NCBI GenBank assembly: GCA_964443135.1
Contig: CAYUBQ010000003.1
Coordinates: 62,174 to 126,173 of the forward strand
From: an uncultured Desulfobacterales bacterium
GTDB taxonomy: Bacteria; Desulfobacterota; DSM-4660; Desulfatiglandales; HGW-15
Direction of reading: 5' to 3'
DNA: 64,000 bases
Shown here: piece by piece, positions 17,540 to 25,443 of the stretch
How the letters are laid out: the number at the start of each line of letters is the position of its first letter
Numbering within the stretch: position 1 is the first letter of the stretch
The notes under the pieces: generated by a model
Databases searched by the model: none
Told to the model about the DNA's origin: nothing
The model's input: the letters and a program-made list of their open reading frames with translations, nothing else
Translations under genes and position numbers: made by a program

Positions 17540-18976
17540 CTACAGCTGCCGCATGAAGGCCGTCAGGGCCTCCTTCTCGTCCTCGGTCAGGTTCACGCCG
17601 GTGACGAGGTTGAAGAACTCCACCGTGTCCTCCAGGGTCAGGCAGCGACCGTCGTGGAGGTAAGGCGGCGAGTCCTTGATGCCCCTCAAGGTGAAGGTCT
17701 TGATGGGGCCGTCCGAGATGTTGTACTGGCCGTTGACCATCTCCGGCTCGTAGAAGCGCCCCGCCTTCAGGTCGTGCATCTTGTCGTCCAGGTAAAAGGG
17801 CGCGGGGTGGCACTCGGCGCAGCGACCCTTTCCGAAGAAGATTTCCTGACCCGTCATCTCCAGGTCCGTGGCCTTGGCCGGGTCCAGCTTGCCGAAGGTG
17901 TCCAGCTTGGGCGCCGGGGGGAAGTCGAGCATGTTCTGCATCTGGGCCATCATGGCCACCTGGCTCGCCCGGTCCGGCAGGTTGACCCCTTTCTTGGCGG
18001 CGGTGACGTGGTCCCCGTCGAAGTAGGCGGTTCGCTGCTCGAACTCCGTGAAGTCCTCGATGGATCGCAGGGAGCGCTTGGAGCCGTGGATCTGCTGGTT
18101 GAACATCCCGCGCAGGCTCACGGTGTCCAGGCGGAACCGGGCGATGTGGGGTCGCGTGTCGGGGTTCAGGTGAAACGCGCCGTTGGTGTGGCCGTTCGCG
18201 TGGCAGTCCAGGCAGCTCACACCGAGGCTGGGTTCGTCCACCTTGCGGTCCGTGGTCTGGTTGAACTGCTGCTGGGGAAACGGCGTGAGGAGAAGGCGGA
18301 GCCCCTCCATCTGGACGGGCGTCAGGATCCCCTCCATGATGTCGTAGTAGTTTTTGATGGAGAGGAGCTTCCCCTGCGAGACGTCGCCCAGGTCGGGCCT
18401 GGTGCTGAGAAAGATGGGCGGGGGAAACTCGGGGAGAAAGTGCTCGGGCAGGTCCATGGCCGTGTCGAATCGCTCGAGGGAGCGCTTCTCCAGCTTCAAG
18501 ATCTCCTGGATGTGGTTCTCGGGGAAGACCTGCCCGCCGGTCTCGTGCTTGGCATGGGGCAGGGGGCGGAACCCCATGGGGAAGAGGTCCTTCTCCTTGA
18601 TGGTCTCCGGGGACATGGAGGCCAGCTTCTCCCAGGTCACCCCCTCGGGCAGCCGGACCCGCACCCCTTCCTGGACCGCCCTGCGGCCCGCGGACATCAT
18701 CACGTCCGAGGGTCGGTCGCTCAGGTCGTAGCGCTTCTCGAGCAGCGCTTTCTGGCGTTCCATGTAGTGGGACTTCTTCTTCACGTCCTGGGCCCGGACC
18801 GCTTCGAAGTCGGGCTCCATGACCGGGAGGTAGGTCTTGTGGATGGGGTCCGCTCCGGGCGGAATGCCCATCCGCACGTTGTCCTTGTCCGCGGCGCTCG
18901 CGCCGTGTACCAGCAGCAGGGCGACGGCGGCGAGAAGGACGCTTGCACCGCAAACCCGCGTGGATGCATTCTTCAT
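17540..18976 (-). CDS. Dihaem cytochrome c peroxidase (CCP/MauG family)
   Basis: Signal peptide plus two haem motifs (CLDCH, CAECH). The C-terminal PPYLHDGR motif is typical of the family. Start is ATG 18976 after AAAGGAG. Confidence 0.88.
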   Translation of the reverse strand: MKNASTRVCGASVLLAAVALLLVHGASAADKDNVRMGIPPGADPIHKTYLPVMEPDFEAVRAQDVKKKSHYMERQKALLEKRYDLSDRPSDVMMSAGRRAVQEGVRVRLPEGVTWEKLASMSPETIKEKDLFPMGFRPLPHAKHETGGQVFPENHIQEILKLEKRSLERFDTAMDLPEHFLPEFPPPIFLSTRPDLGDVSQGKLLSIKNYYDIMEGILTPVQMEGLRLLLTPFPQQQFNQTTDRKVDEPSLGVSCLDCHANGHTNGAFHLNPDTRPHIARFRLDTVSLRGMFNQQIHGSKRSLRSIEDFTEFEQRTAYFDGDHVTAAKKGVNLPDRASQVAMMAQMQNMLDFPPAPKLDTFGKLDPAKATDLEMTGQEIFFGKGRCAECHPAPFYLDDKMHDLKAGRFYEPEMVNGQYNISDGPIKTFTLRGIKDSPPYLHDGRCLTLEDTVEFFNLVTGVNLTEDEKEALTAFMRQL

Positions 18977-19335
18977 CAAAGGCTCCTTTCGTTTCGGGTG
19001 AATCGGTTTTCGGGCTTCGCCTTCCACTTTACGCAGGGGGCCCTCCGGTGGGAATCAGGTAGAGACCCCACACCGGGTACGGGATCACGGTATTCGCTGC
19101 CGGGGTTCCGGAAGGTGTCCTGCAGCGAAGTGATGGCCTGTCGGACCACGTCGAGGCTCCGGTTGAGGGCCCTTTCCTCCATCCAGTCCAGCGGGAGGTC
19201 CGGAGTGCCTTCGCCGTGAAGCTTGAAAACGGCGGATACGGCCTTACTGTCTCAGGAAAGCGCGAGAGGTGCCATGGGGGCGGGGCTGTACGCTCCGCCC
19301 CCGAGCGGGGTAACCTGTGAAGAGGGGGAGAAGCG

Positions 19336-20475
19336 ATGCGATCGAGCCGTTGGGGCCGCAACTGGATCGAAGGGGGCCTGATCGCCCTCATTCTGCTGGC
19401 GCCGCTCCCGGCGGGCTGCGTTCCCGCGCTGCCCCGGGGCGGCATCCATTTGGAGGCCGTCTCCCTGCCGGCCGGCTTCCGGATCGGGCTGTTCGCCGAC
19501 CGGGTCGCCGGGGCCCGGAGCCTGGCCCTGGGACCGCAGGGAACCGTCTTTGTGGGGACCCGGGATGAAGGCAAGGTGTATGCACTGGAGGATCGCGACG
19601 GCGACGGCCGGGCGGACCGTGTCCGGACCCTCCTGGAGGGGCTGGACACGCCCAACGGAGTGGCCCTCAGGGACGGCGCGCTCTACGTGGCCGAGGTGAG
19701 CCGGGTGCTGAGGTACGACCTCATCGAGGAGAACCTGGAGAGCCCCCCCGAGCCCGTGGTGGTGAACGACTCCTTCCCGGAGGACGAGCACCACGGGTGG
19801 AAGTACATTGCCTTCGGCCCCGACGGTCTGTTGTACGTGCCGGTGGGCGCACCGTGCAACGTCTGCAACGAAGGAGACCCCTACGCCTCCCTGATGCGCA
19901 TGCAGCCGGACGGCCGGGACCTGGAGATCTTCGCGCGGGGCGTCCGGAACACGGTGGGCTTCGACTGGCACCCGGGGACCGGGCTCCTCTGGTTCACGGA
20001 CAACGGGAGGGACTGGATGGGGGACGACCGTCCCCCGGACGAGCTGAACCGGGCCGCCGAGCCCGGGCTCCACTTCGGGTTCCCGTTCTGCCACGGCCGG
20101 GACGTGAAGGACCCGGAGTACGGCGAGGGCCGCACCTGCGGGGACTACGTGGCGCCGGCCATGGAGCTGGGACCCCACGTGGCCGCCCTGGGCATGAGCT
20201 TCTACCGGGGGCAGGCCTTTCCCGAGGACTACCGGAACCGGGTCTTCATCGCGGAGCACGGATCGTGGAACCGCACCGACCCCATCGGGTACCGGATCAC
20301 CACGGTGACTCTGGAGGGCCCCCGGGCGGTCCGCTACGAGGTGTTTGCCGAGGGTTGGCTCCAGGGGCGGACCGCCTGGGGAAGGCCCGTGGACGTGCTC
20401 GCCGCGCCCGACGGGTCCCTGCTGGTCTCCGACGACCGGGCCGGGGCGGTCTACCGGATCACCTACGATCCCTGA
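19336..20475 (+). CDS. PQQ-dependent sugar (glucose/sorbosone) dehydrogenase family beta-propeller
   Basis: Motifs DGDGRAD, PNGVA, HHGWKYIAFGPDG, RNTVGFDWHP and WFTDNGRD match the soluble aldose dehydrogenase family. Confidence 0.85.
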   Translation: MRSSRWGRNWIEGGLIALILLAPLPAGCVPALPRGGIHLEAVSLPAGFRIGLFADRVAGARSLALGPQGTVFVGTRDEGKVYALEDRDGDGRADRVRTLLEGLDTPNGVALRDGALYVAEVSRVLRYDLIEENLESPPEPVVVNDSFPEDEHHGWKYIAFGPDGLLYVPVGAPCNVCNEGDPYASLMRMQPDGRDLEIFARGVRNTVGFDWHPGTGLLWFTDNGRDWMGDDRPPDELNRAAEPGLHFGFPFCHGRDVKDPEYGEGRTCGDYVAPAMELGPHVAALGMSFYRGQAFPEDYRNRVFIAEHGSWNRTDPIGYRITTVTLEGPRAVRYEVFAEGWLQGRTAWGRPVDVLAAPDGSLLVSDDRAGAVYRITYDP

Positions 20476-20476
20476 C

Positions 20477-20534
20477 CCAATTCGGGGGACACCATACTTA
20501 ATTCCCGAATTAAGTATGGTGTCCCCCGAATTGG
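20477..20534. repeat. Perfect 28-bp inverted repeat (2-nt centre), AT-richer than its surroundings
   Basis: CCAATTCGGGGGACACCATACTTAATTC-CC-GAATTAAGTATGGTGTCCCCCGAATTGG begins 2 nt after the stop of the dehydrogenase gene. Confidence 0.9.
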
Positions 20535-20594
20535 AATTGCCCGAATTGAACCCTTTCGAATCAGATCGAGTCGTGTTTTCCGGCTTCCCACCGG

Positions 20595-21965
20595 TCAGTT
20601 TGTCGTTTTCCGGTCCCGCAGGAACAGGAAGACGATCAGTCGGTACAGGATCAGGAGCACAAATAGAACGAGCAGAAGCGCAAAGGCGCGCCAGAAGAAC
20701 GCATCCATCACGACTTGGCTCTGATCGGCGGCCGTCGCGATACGTCCGTCGACCGACTCGTTGACATGCTGCATCCTGTCTTCCAACTCTGGTGAGTCAA
20801 GCAACTGTTCCGTTCTTGTGAGCAGTTCGTTCATGTGCTCCGTGGCGTGCGTCACTTCCTCGACGGCCTGCTCATATTCGCGGATGTCAAAGGGACGTGG
20901 TCGGATCTCCGTTTTCCATCGGTCCCAGGCATCGAACCGGGCGAACAGCTCCTGGCCCGTGTGAAGTGCTTGTTTCAGCGAGTTGCTCAACGGTATCAGT
21001 GAGTCGGCGAATCCATTCGCCTGGTCGAGTGCGTCCCGCACGTTGGCGATTGTCTTATCCGCGTGTTGCAAACGCTCATCGACCCCGTGGAGGATGGCTT
21101 TCCGTTCAGTGGCGACATTCGCCGGAAGCTGCTCGATCTGATCGGTCAATCGATGTATGTCGTCAAGAGCCGTGTCGAGTTCCGGCGTGGCGACCCACTC
21201 GTCCTTAACGGCAGTGGTCTGCCACCGGAGCAGCGTGGGCGCGCGCTTGAGCCAATGGAACATACGATCGCCGAGGAGGCGCGCCTCGTCGACGGCCTGG
21301 CCCGCCTCCTCGATCCCGGCGAAGAGGCCGCGGGCCTCAAGCACCTCGGCTGCCGCGGATCTGCCCCGCCCGAGGGCAAAGTTCGAGAAGCGAACAAACG
21401 AGGCGCGAACCATTTCCGGGTTCTCCTGCCGCCACTCCCGCAGCAGCGACTTCAGAGTGTCGAGTTGATCGGTGGTAAGCACCCGCGCGGCAAGCGTCCA
21501 AGACTCTTCTCTGGCGCGAGCCAAGGCATCGGCCAGCTTCTGGCCTCGCTTGCCGAACACCGCGACAGCCCTATCATCGTCGTCCCACACCCGACTTACC
21601 AATGCGGTGACCACCACGAGGTCGAGCATACGCGTGAAGGGGTCGGGATTGCTGGCGATGTCGTAGACATTGGTCGCGTTGTCCACGAGAAGCACCTGTG
21701 CCGCTCGGCGCTGCGCTGGATCCGAACTGTTCTCCTTCAGAGCATGGCAGACGGAATAAAGCAGGCCGACGTAGCGATCGGCGAAGGCACGGGTGAGTCC
21801 GTCCAGTTCGTCCGCCGTAATTCGCTCGCCAGCCTCGGCCCCGCCGAACTCACGGTCGGTTTTCTCTTCGAGGCCTCGCTGCGACGCGCTACATCCTCCG
21901 CACAGGAGCACTACGTGAACAATCGCCAACAGTGCGACGATGGGAAGCGAGGATTGAAGGGTCAT
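20595..21965 (-). CDS. Coiled-coil lipoprotein with C-terminal TM anchor, unknown function
   Basis: MTLQSSLPIVALLAIVHVVLLCGGCS is a lipobox-like signal. It is followed by long helical Asp/Glu/Arg-rich repeats and a C-terminal hydrophobic helix. Codon usage is visibly less GC-biased than in neighbouring genes. Confidence 0.6.
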   Translation of the reverse strand: MTLQSSLPIVALLAIVHVVLLCGGCSASQRGLEEKTDREFGGAEAGERITADELDGLTRAFADRYVGLLYSVCHALKENSSDPAQRRAAQVLLVDNATNVYDIASNPDPFTRMLDLVVVTALVSRVWDDDDRAVAVFGKRGQKLADALARAREESWTLAARVLTTDQLDTLKSLLREWRQENPEMVRASFVRFSNFALGRGRSAAAEVLEARGLFAGIEEAGQAVDEARLLGDRMFHWLKRAPTLLRWQTTAVKDEWVATPELDTALDDIHRLTDQIEQLPANVATERKAILHGVDERLQHADKTIANVRDALDQANGFADSLIPLSNSLKQALHTGQELFARFDAWDRWKTEIRPRPFDIREYEQAVEEVTHATEHMNELLTRTEQLLDSPELEDRMQHVNESVDGRIATAADQSQVVMDAFFWRAFALLLVLFVLLILYRLIVFLFLRDRKTTN

Positions 21966-22058
21966 CGAGCCCTCCAGCTGAAATGGTGCCGTGTCATTCT
22001 CCAATTCTCGGGTACAGCCGTCTCGGTTTTGCTCGCGCGGCTCCCGGGGTGAACTGGC

Positions 22059-22193
22059 AACGGCGACCTCCGCCATCTGGAAGGTGGCATACCGAGCATG
22101 CCGTACCACCTTGGCCCTGATCTTGATCAGCTTCTCCCGCAGCGTGCGGTCCACCGGATCACCTGCCACCGCTGAGAAGACCTGCCTCCCGTG
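22059..22193 (-). mobile_element. C-terminal remnant of a DDE transposase (about 44 codons, no catalytic part)
   Basis: The frame reads HGRQVFSAVAGDPVDRTLREKLIKIRAKVVRHARYATFQMAEVAV. From memory, the ...TLREKLxKIGAKVVxHxRYxxFQxAEVAV tail is typical of an IS1380/IS4-superfamily transposase group. It opens directly after the SDR stop codon. Confidence 0.45.
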
Positions 22194-22889
22194 CTACCAG
22201 GGCATGGGCGTGCCGTCGTACTTGACGAACGTCCCCGTGTCCCGGTCCAGGCTGAACCCCTCGACGATGCGGCGCATGCCGCGGACGCTCTCCTCGGGCG
22301 TGATGCCGTGGCGGGGCCCCATGCGGGTGTTCACCCCGCCGGGGTGGAGCAGGAGCACGCCCACCCCGCGGGGCTTCAGCTTGACGGCGAGCCCCTGCAT
22401 GGCCGCGTTGAGCGCGGCCTTGCTGGAGCGGTAGTAGTAGCTCCCCGGGTCCCGAATGTCGGCGATGCTTCCCATGTGGCTGCTCACGGCCACGATGAGC
22501 CGCTTCCCGCTCCGGGCGATGTTCTCGAGGAGCCGCTCGGCCACCCGCACCGTACCCAGGGTGTTGACCTCCAGGGTGCGCAGCCAGTCGTGGTAGCAGA
22601 GGGAGCCGAACTCGGCGACGTTCTTCTCCAAATAGACCCCGGCGTTTCCCATGAGAATGTCCACGGGCTCCTCCTCCAACTCCCAGCAGAGCGCCCGGAT
22701 GTCCTCGGAGGCGGTGACGTCCAGGCGATGGACGCTGAGGCTGTGGTGCTTCTTCTCGAGCCCTCGAAGGGACCGTGCCTCCGCGGGGTGACGGCAGGTG
22801 GCGAACACCCGCCAGCCCTCTTCGGCGTACTGGCGGGCCCACTCGAGGCCCAGCCCCCGGTTGGCGCCTGTGACGAGCATGCTCGGCAT
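22194..22889 (-). CDS. Short-chain dehydrogenase/reductase (SDR)
   Basis: TGANRGLG cofactor motif and YRSSK catalytic motif. 231 aa. GGAGGGAG RBS. Confidence 0.88.
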   Translation of the reverse strand: MPSMLVTGANRGLGLEWARQYAEEGWRVFATCRHPAEARSLRGLEKKHHSLSVHRLDVTASEDIRALCWELEEEPVDILMGNAGVYLEKNVAEFGSLCYHDWLRTLEVNTLGTVRVAERLLENIARSGKRLIVAVSSHMGSIADIRDPGSYYYRSSKAALNAAMQGLAVKLKPRGVGVLLLHPGGVNTRMGPRHGITPEESVRGMRRIVEGFSLDRDTGTFVKYDGTPMPW

Positions 22890-22930
22890 GAGACATCTCC
22901 CTCCGGCCGGTGGCGGCCGGGGCTCGGGTG

Positions 22931-23581
22931 TCAGGTTTTCAGCTTCTCGAGCGCCTCGAAGGTGTCGGCCGGCTCGGGACGCCGGGTGTGGTCCGGGTTG
23001 ATGCGGGCGTAGCGGATGATCCGGTCCCGGTCGACGATATACCTCGCGGGCATGGGCAGCCGCCAGGAGACGTCCCCGTTGTACTTCGCCAGGTCGATGC
23101 CCATGTCCAGATACACCTCCCGCAGGTCGTCCGGCACCGTGTAGACCAGCCCGTAGGCGTCGGCCGTCCGGTTCCCGGGGTCGCTCAGGAGCTCCATGGT
23201 GAAGCCTTTCTCCTCCTTGAATGCCCGGACGTGCTCCTCGGTCTGCGGGGAGATCATCACCAGGGACGCCCCGAGGTTGTCGAAGCGGAACCGGGCTTCC
23301 TCCAGAGCTTCCAGCTCCAGGTTGCAGAAGGGTCACCAGCGTCCCCGGTAGAAGCCCAGGACTACCGGCCTTCGGTCGAGGGCCGTGCGGAGGTTCACCG
23401 GGCGGCCTTCGGCGTTGTTCAGGGTGAAGTCCGGAGCCGTGTCCCCCTCGCCGAGGGCCCGGTCGGCCGCCCCGGACTCGAAGAGGGCCTTGACGGCCCG
23501 TCCCGTGACCTCCTGCTTCTCCTGCGGGGCGGACTCCTGGAACTCCTTCTTCTTGGCCTCGATCTTCTCCTGCAGGCTCAT
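22931..23581 (-). CDS. AhpC/TSA (redoxin)-family peroxiredoxin-like protein with in-frame TGA, probable selenocysteine (W-U-P-F-C)
   Basis: Two track ORFs share one frame and are separated only by TGA 23335..23333. The sequence around it is GFYRGRW-TGA-PFCNLELEAL. The start ATG overlaps the tkt stop (ATGA). Confidence 0.75.
23300..23320 (-). promoter_or_regulatory. Candidate bacterial SECIS hairpin
   Basis: The mRNA sequence CUGGAGCU-GGA-AGCUCUGG begins 11 nt 3' of the UGA, with GG in the apical loop. Confidence 0.45.
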
Positions 23582-25443
23582 ACGCTCTCCTCCGATCCCT
23601 CCTGGTCTCCGGGTCGTGCGACGATCGCCTTCACGGTCTCCACGATCGCCCCCCTGGAGATGTCCTGGTCGTCCAGCAGCTCCTCGGGCCGGCCGCTCCT
23701 GGGGGTCTTGCGGACCGCCAGGATGTGGAGCCTCGCGCCGGGGACGGCTGCGGCCACCGCCTCGCCCAGGCCGCCTTCGGCGTAGTGGTCCTCCACGGTC
23801 ACCAGGGCAGGGGTCTCCTCCGCGGCCCTCCGAAGGGTGTCGCGGTCCACGGGCTTGACGCTGTAGAGGTCGATGACCCGCACGGCGATCCCCTCCTCGG
23901 CGAGGAGATCCGCCGCGGCCAGGGACTCGTGCAGGGTGATCCCGGCGGCCGCTACGGTCGCGGCGTCGTTTCCGCTGCGGCGCAGGACCTTGCTCCCCCC
24001 CACGGGAAACGCCACGTCGGCCCCGTAGATGACCGGGGTCTTGCCCCTGGTGGTCCTGAGGTAGACGATTCCCTCCCAGCGTGCGGCCTCTTCCACCAGC
24101 CGCTCGGTGGCGACCGCGTCCGCCGGGTAGAGGACGGCGGCGCCGGGCAGGGTCCGGAACATGGCCAGATCCTCGAGTCCCATCTGGGACGGCCCGTCCT
24201 CCCCGATGGAGACCCCGGCGTGGGATCCCACGAAGACGATGTGCGCCTCGGAGTACCGGCTCATGCGGATCTGGTCGAAGGCGCGTGTGAAGAAGGCGGC
24301 GAAGGTGGAGACGAAGGGGACCTTGTGCCGGGAGGCCAGGCCGAGGGCCGCGCCCACCATGTTCTGCTCGGCCACGTACATCTCGAAGAACCGCTCGGGG
24401 TGACGATCCTTGAAGGCTGCGGACTTGGTGGAGTTGCTCACCTCCCCGTCGAGGCAGACCATGTCCGGGTAGCGGGGGTACAGGCGCACGAGGGCGTTGC
24501 CGTATGCGGTCCGCGTGGCCACCGGGGTCTCCTGCGCATAGCTCGGCTCCTCCGGGATCCCTCCTTTCAGGGCCTCCGGGGCCAGATCCTCGGGAGGGAG
24601 AAGCGCCCCCCGCACCGACACGTCGACGGGGCCCAGCTCCCCGAGTGCCCGGTCCAAATCCTCCTCCCCGAGGGCCTTGCCGTGCCATCCGTTTTGGTCC
24701 TCCACGAAGGAGACGCCTTTGCCCTTGACGGTCCTGGCGATGATCAGGGTGGGGCGCCCCAGGGTCCCGGCCGCCTTTCGGTACGCCTCCAGGATGTCCG
24801 GGAGGGAGTGGCCGTCCACGAGGACGGTCTCCCACCCGAAGGCGGAGATCCTGCGCTCGTAGGCCTCCAGGTCGTGGCCGTAGAGGGTCTCCCCCCGCTG
24901 CCCCAGCCGGTTCACGTCCAGGACGGCCGTCAGGTTGTCGAGCTCGTAGTGGGCGGCGATCTGGACCGCCTCCCACTGGGAGCCCTCGGCCATCTCGCTG
25001 TCCCCGAGGAGCACGAAGGTGCGGTAGGGGAGCCGGTCCAGGAAGCGGGCGTTCAGGGCGAGCCCCAGCCCCACGGAAAGCCCCTGGCCCAGGGAGCCCG
25101 TGGCCGCGTCCACGTAAGGGAAGCGGGGCGTGGGGTGCCCCTCCAGCGGGCTTCCGAACGACCGGTAGGTGAACAGCTCCTCCCGCCGCACCGCTCCGGC
25201 CGCGGCCCACAGGGCGTAGAGAAGGGGAGAGGCGTGGCCCTTGGAAAAGACCAGGCGGTCGTTGTTCGGGTGCTCGGGCCGGTCCACGTCGTAACGAAAG
25301 GTCCCCCCGAACAGGAGCCCGACCATGAGGTCCGCCGCGGAAAGGCTCGACGTGGGGTGACCGGAGCCGGCGCGGCTGGTGGCCACCAGGATGTCGTGGC
25401 GCACCAGCCGGGCGATCTCCGACAGATGGTCGATCGATCTCAT
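23578..25443 (-). CDS. tkt: Transketolase
   Basis: Contains the GSGHPTSSLS motif, the GDSEMAEG (GDG-type) TPP motif and the pyrimidine-binding and C-terminal domains. 621 aa. Confidence 0.93.
   Translation of the reverse strand: MRSIDHLSEIARLVRHDILVATSRAGSGHPTSSLSAADLMVGLLFGGTFRYDVDRPEHPNNDRLVFSKGHASPLLYALWAAAGAVRREELFTYRSFGSPLEGHPTPRFPYVDAATGSLGQGLSVGLGLALNARFLDRLPYRTFVLLGDSEMAEGSQWEAVQIAAHYELDNLTAVLDVNRLGQRGETLYGHDLEAYERRISAFGWETVLVDGHSLPDILEAYRKAAGTLGRPTLIIARTVKGKGVSFVEDQNGWHGKALGEEDLDRALGELGPVDVSVRGALLPPEDLAPEALKGGIPEEPSYAQETPVATRTAYGNALVRLYPRYPDMVCLDGEVSNSTKSAAFKDRHPERFFEMYVAEQNMVGAALGLASRHKVPFVSTFAAFFTRAFDQIRMSRYSEAHIVFVGSHAGVSIGEDGPSQMGLEDLAMFRTLPGAAVLYPADAVATERLVEEAARWEGIVYLRTTRGKTPVIYGADVAFPVGGSKVLRRSGNDAATVAAAGITLHESLAAADLLAEEGIAVRVIDLYSVKPVDRDTLRRAAEETPALVTVEDHYAEGGLGEAVAAAVPGARLHILAVRKTPRSGRPEELLDDQDISRGAIVETVKAIVARPGDQEGSEESV

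Noticed and set aside
18976-19182. 68-codon upstream ORF (MEERALNRSLDVVRQAITSLQDTF...) whose TGA overlaps the CCP start codon (TGATG)
   Set aside because: There is no convincing RBS, and the second half is Arg/Pro-rich and covers the CCP ribosome-binding site. It cannot be told apart from a chance frame. It is worth a glance only if ribosome profiling exists.
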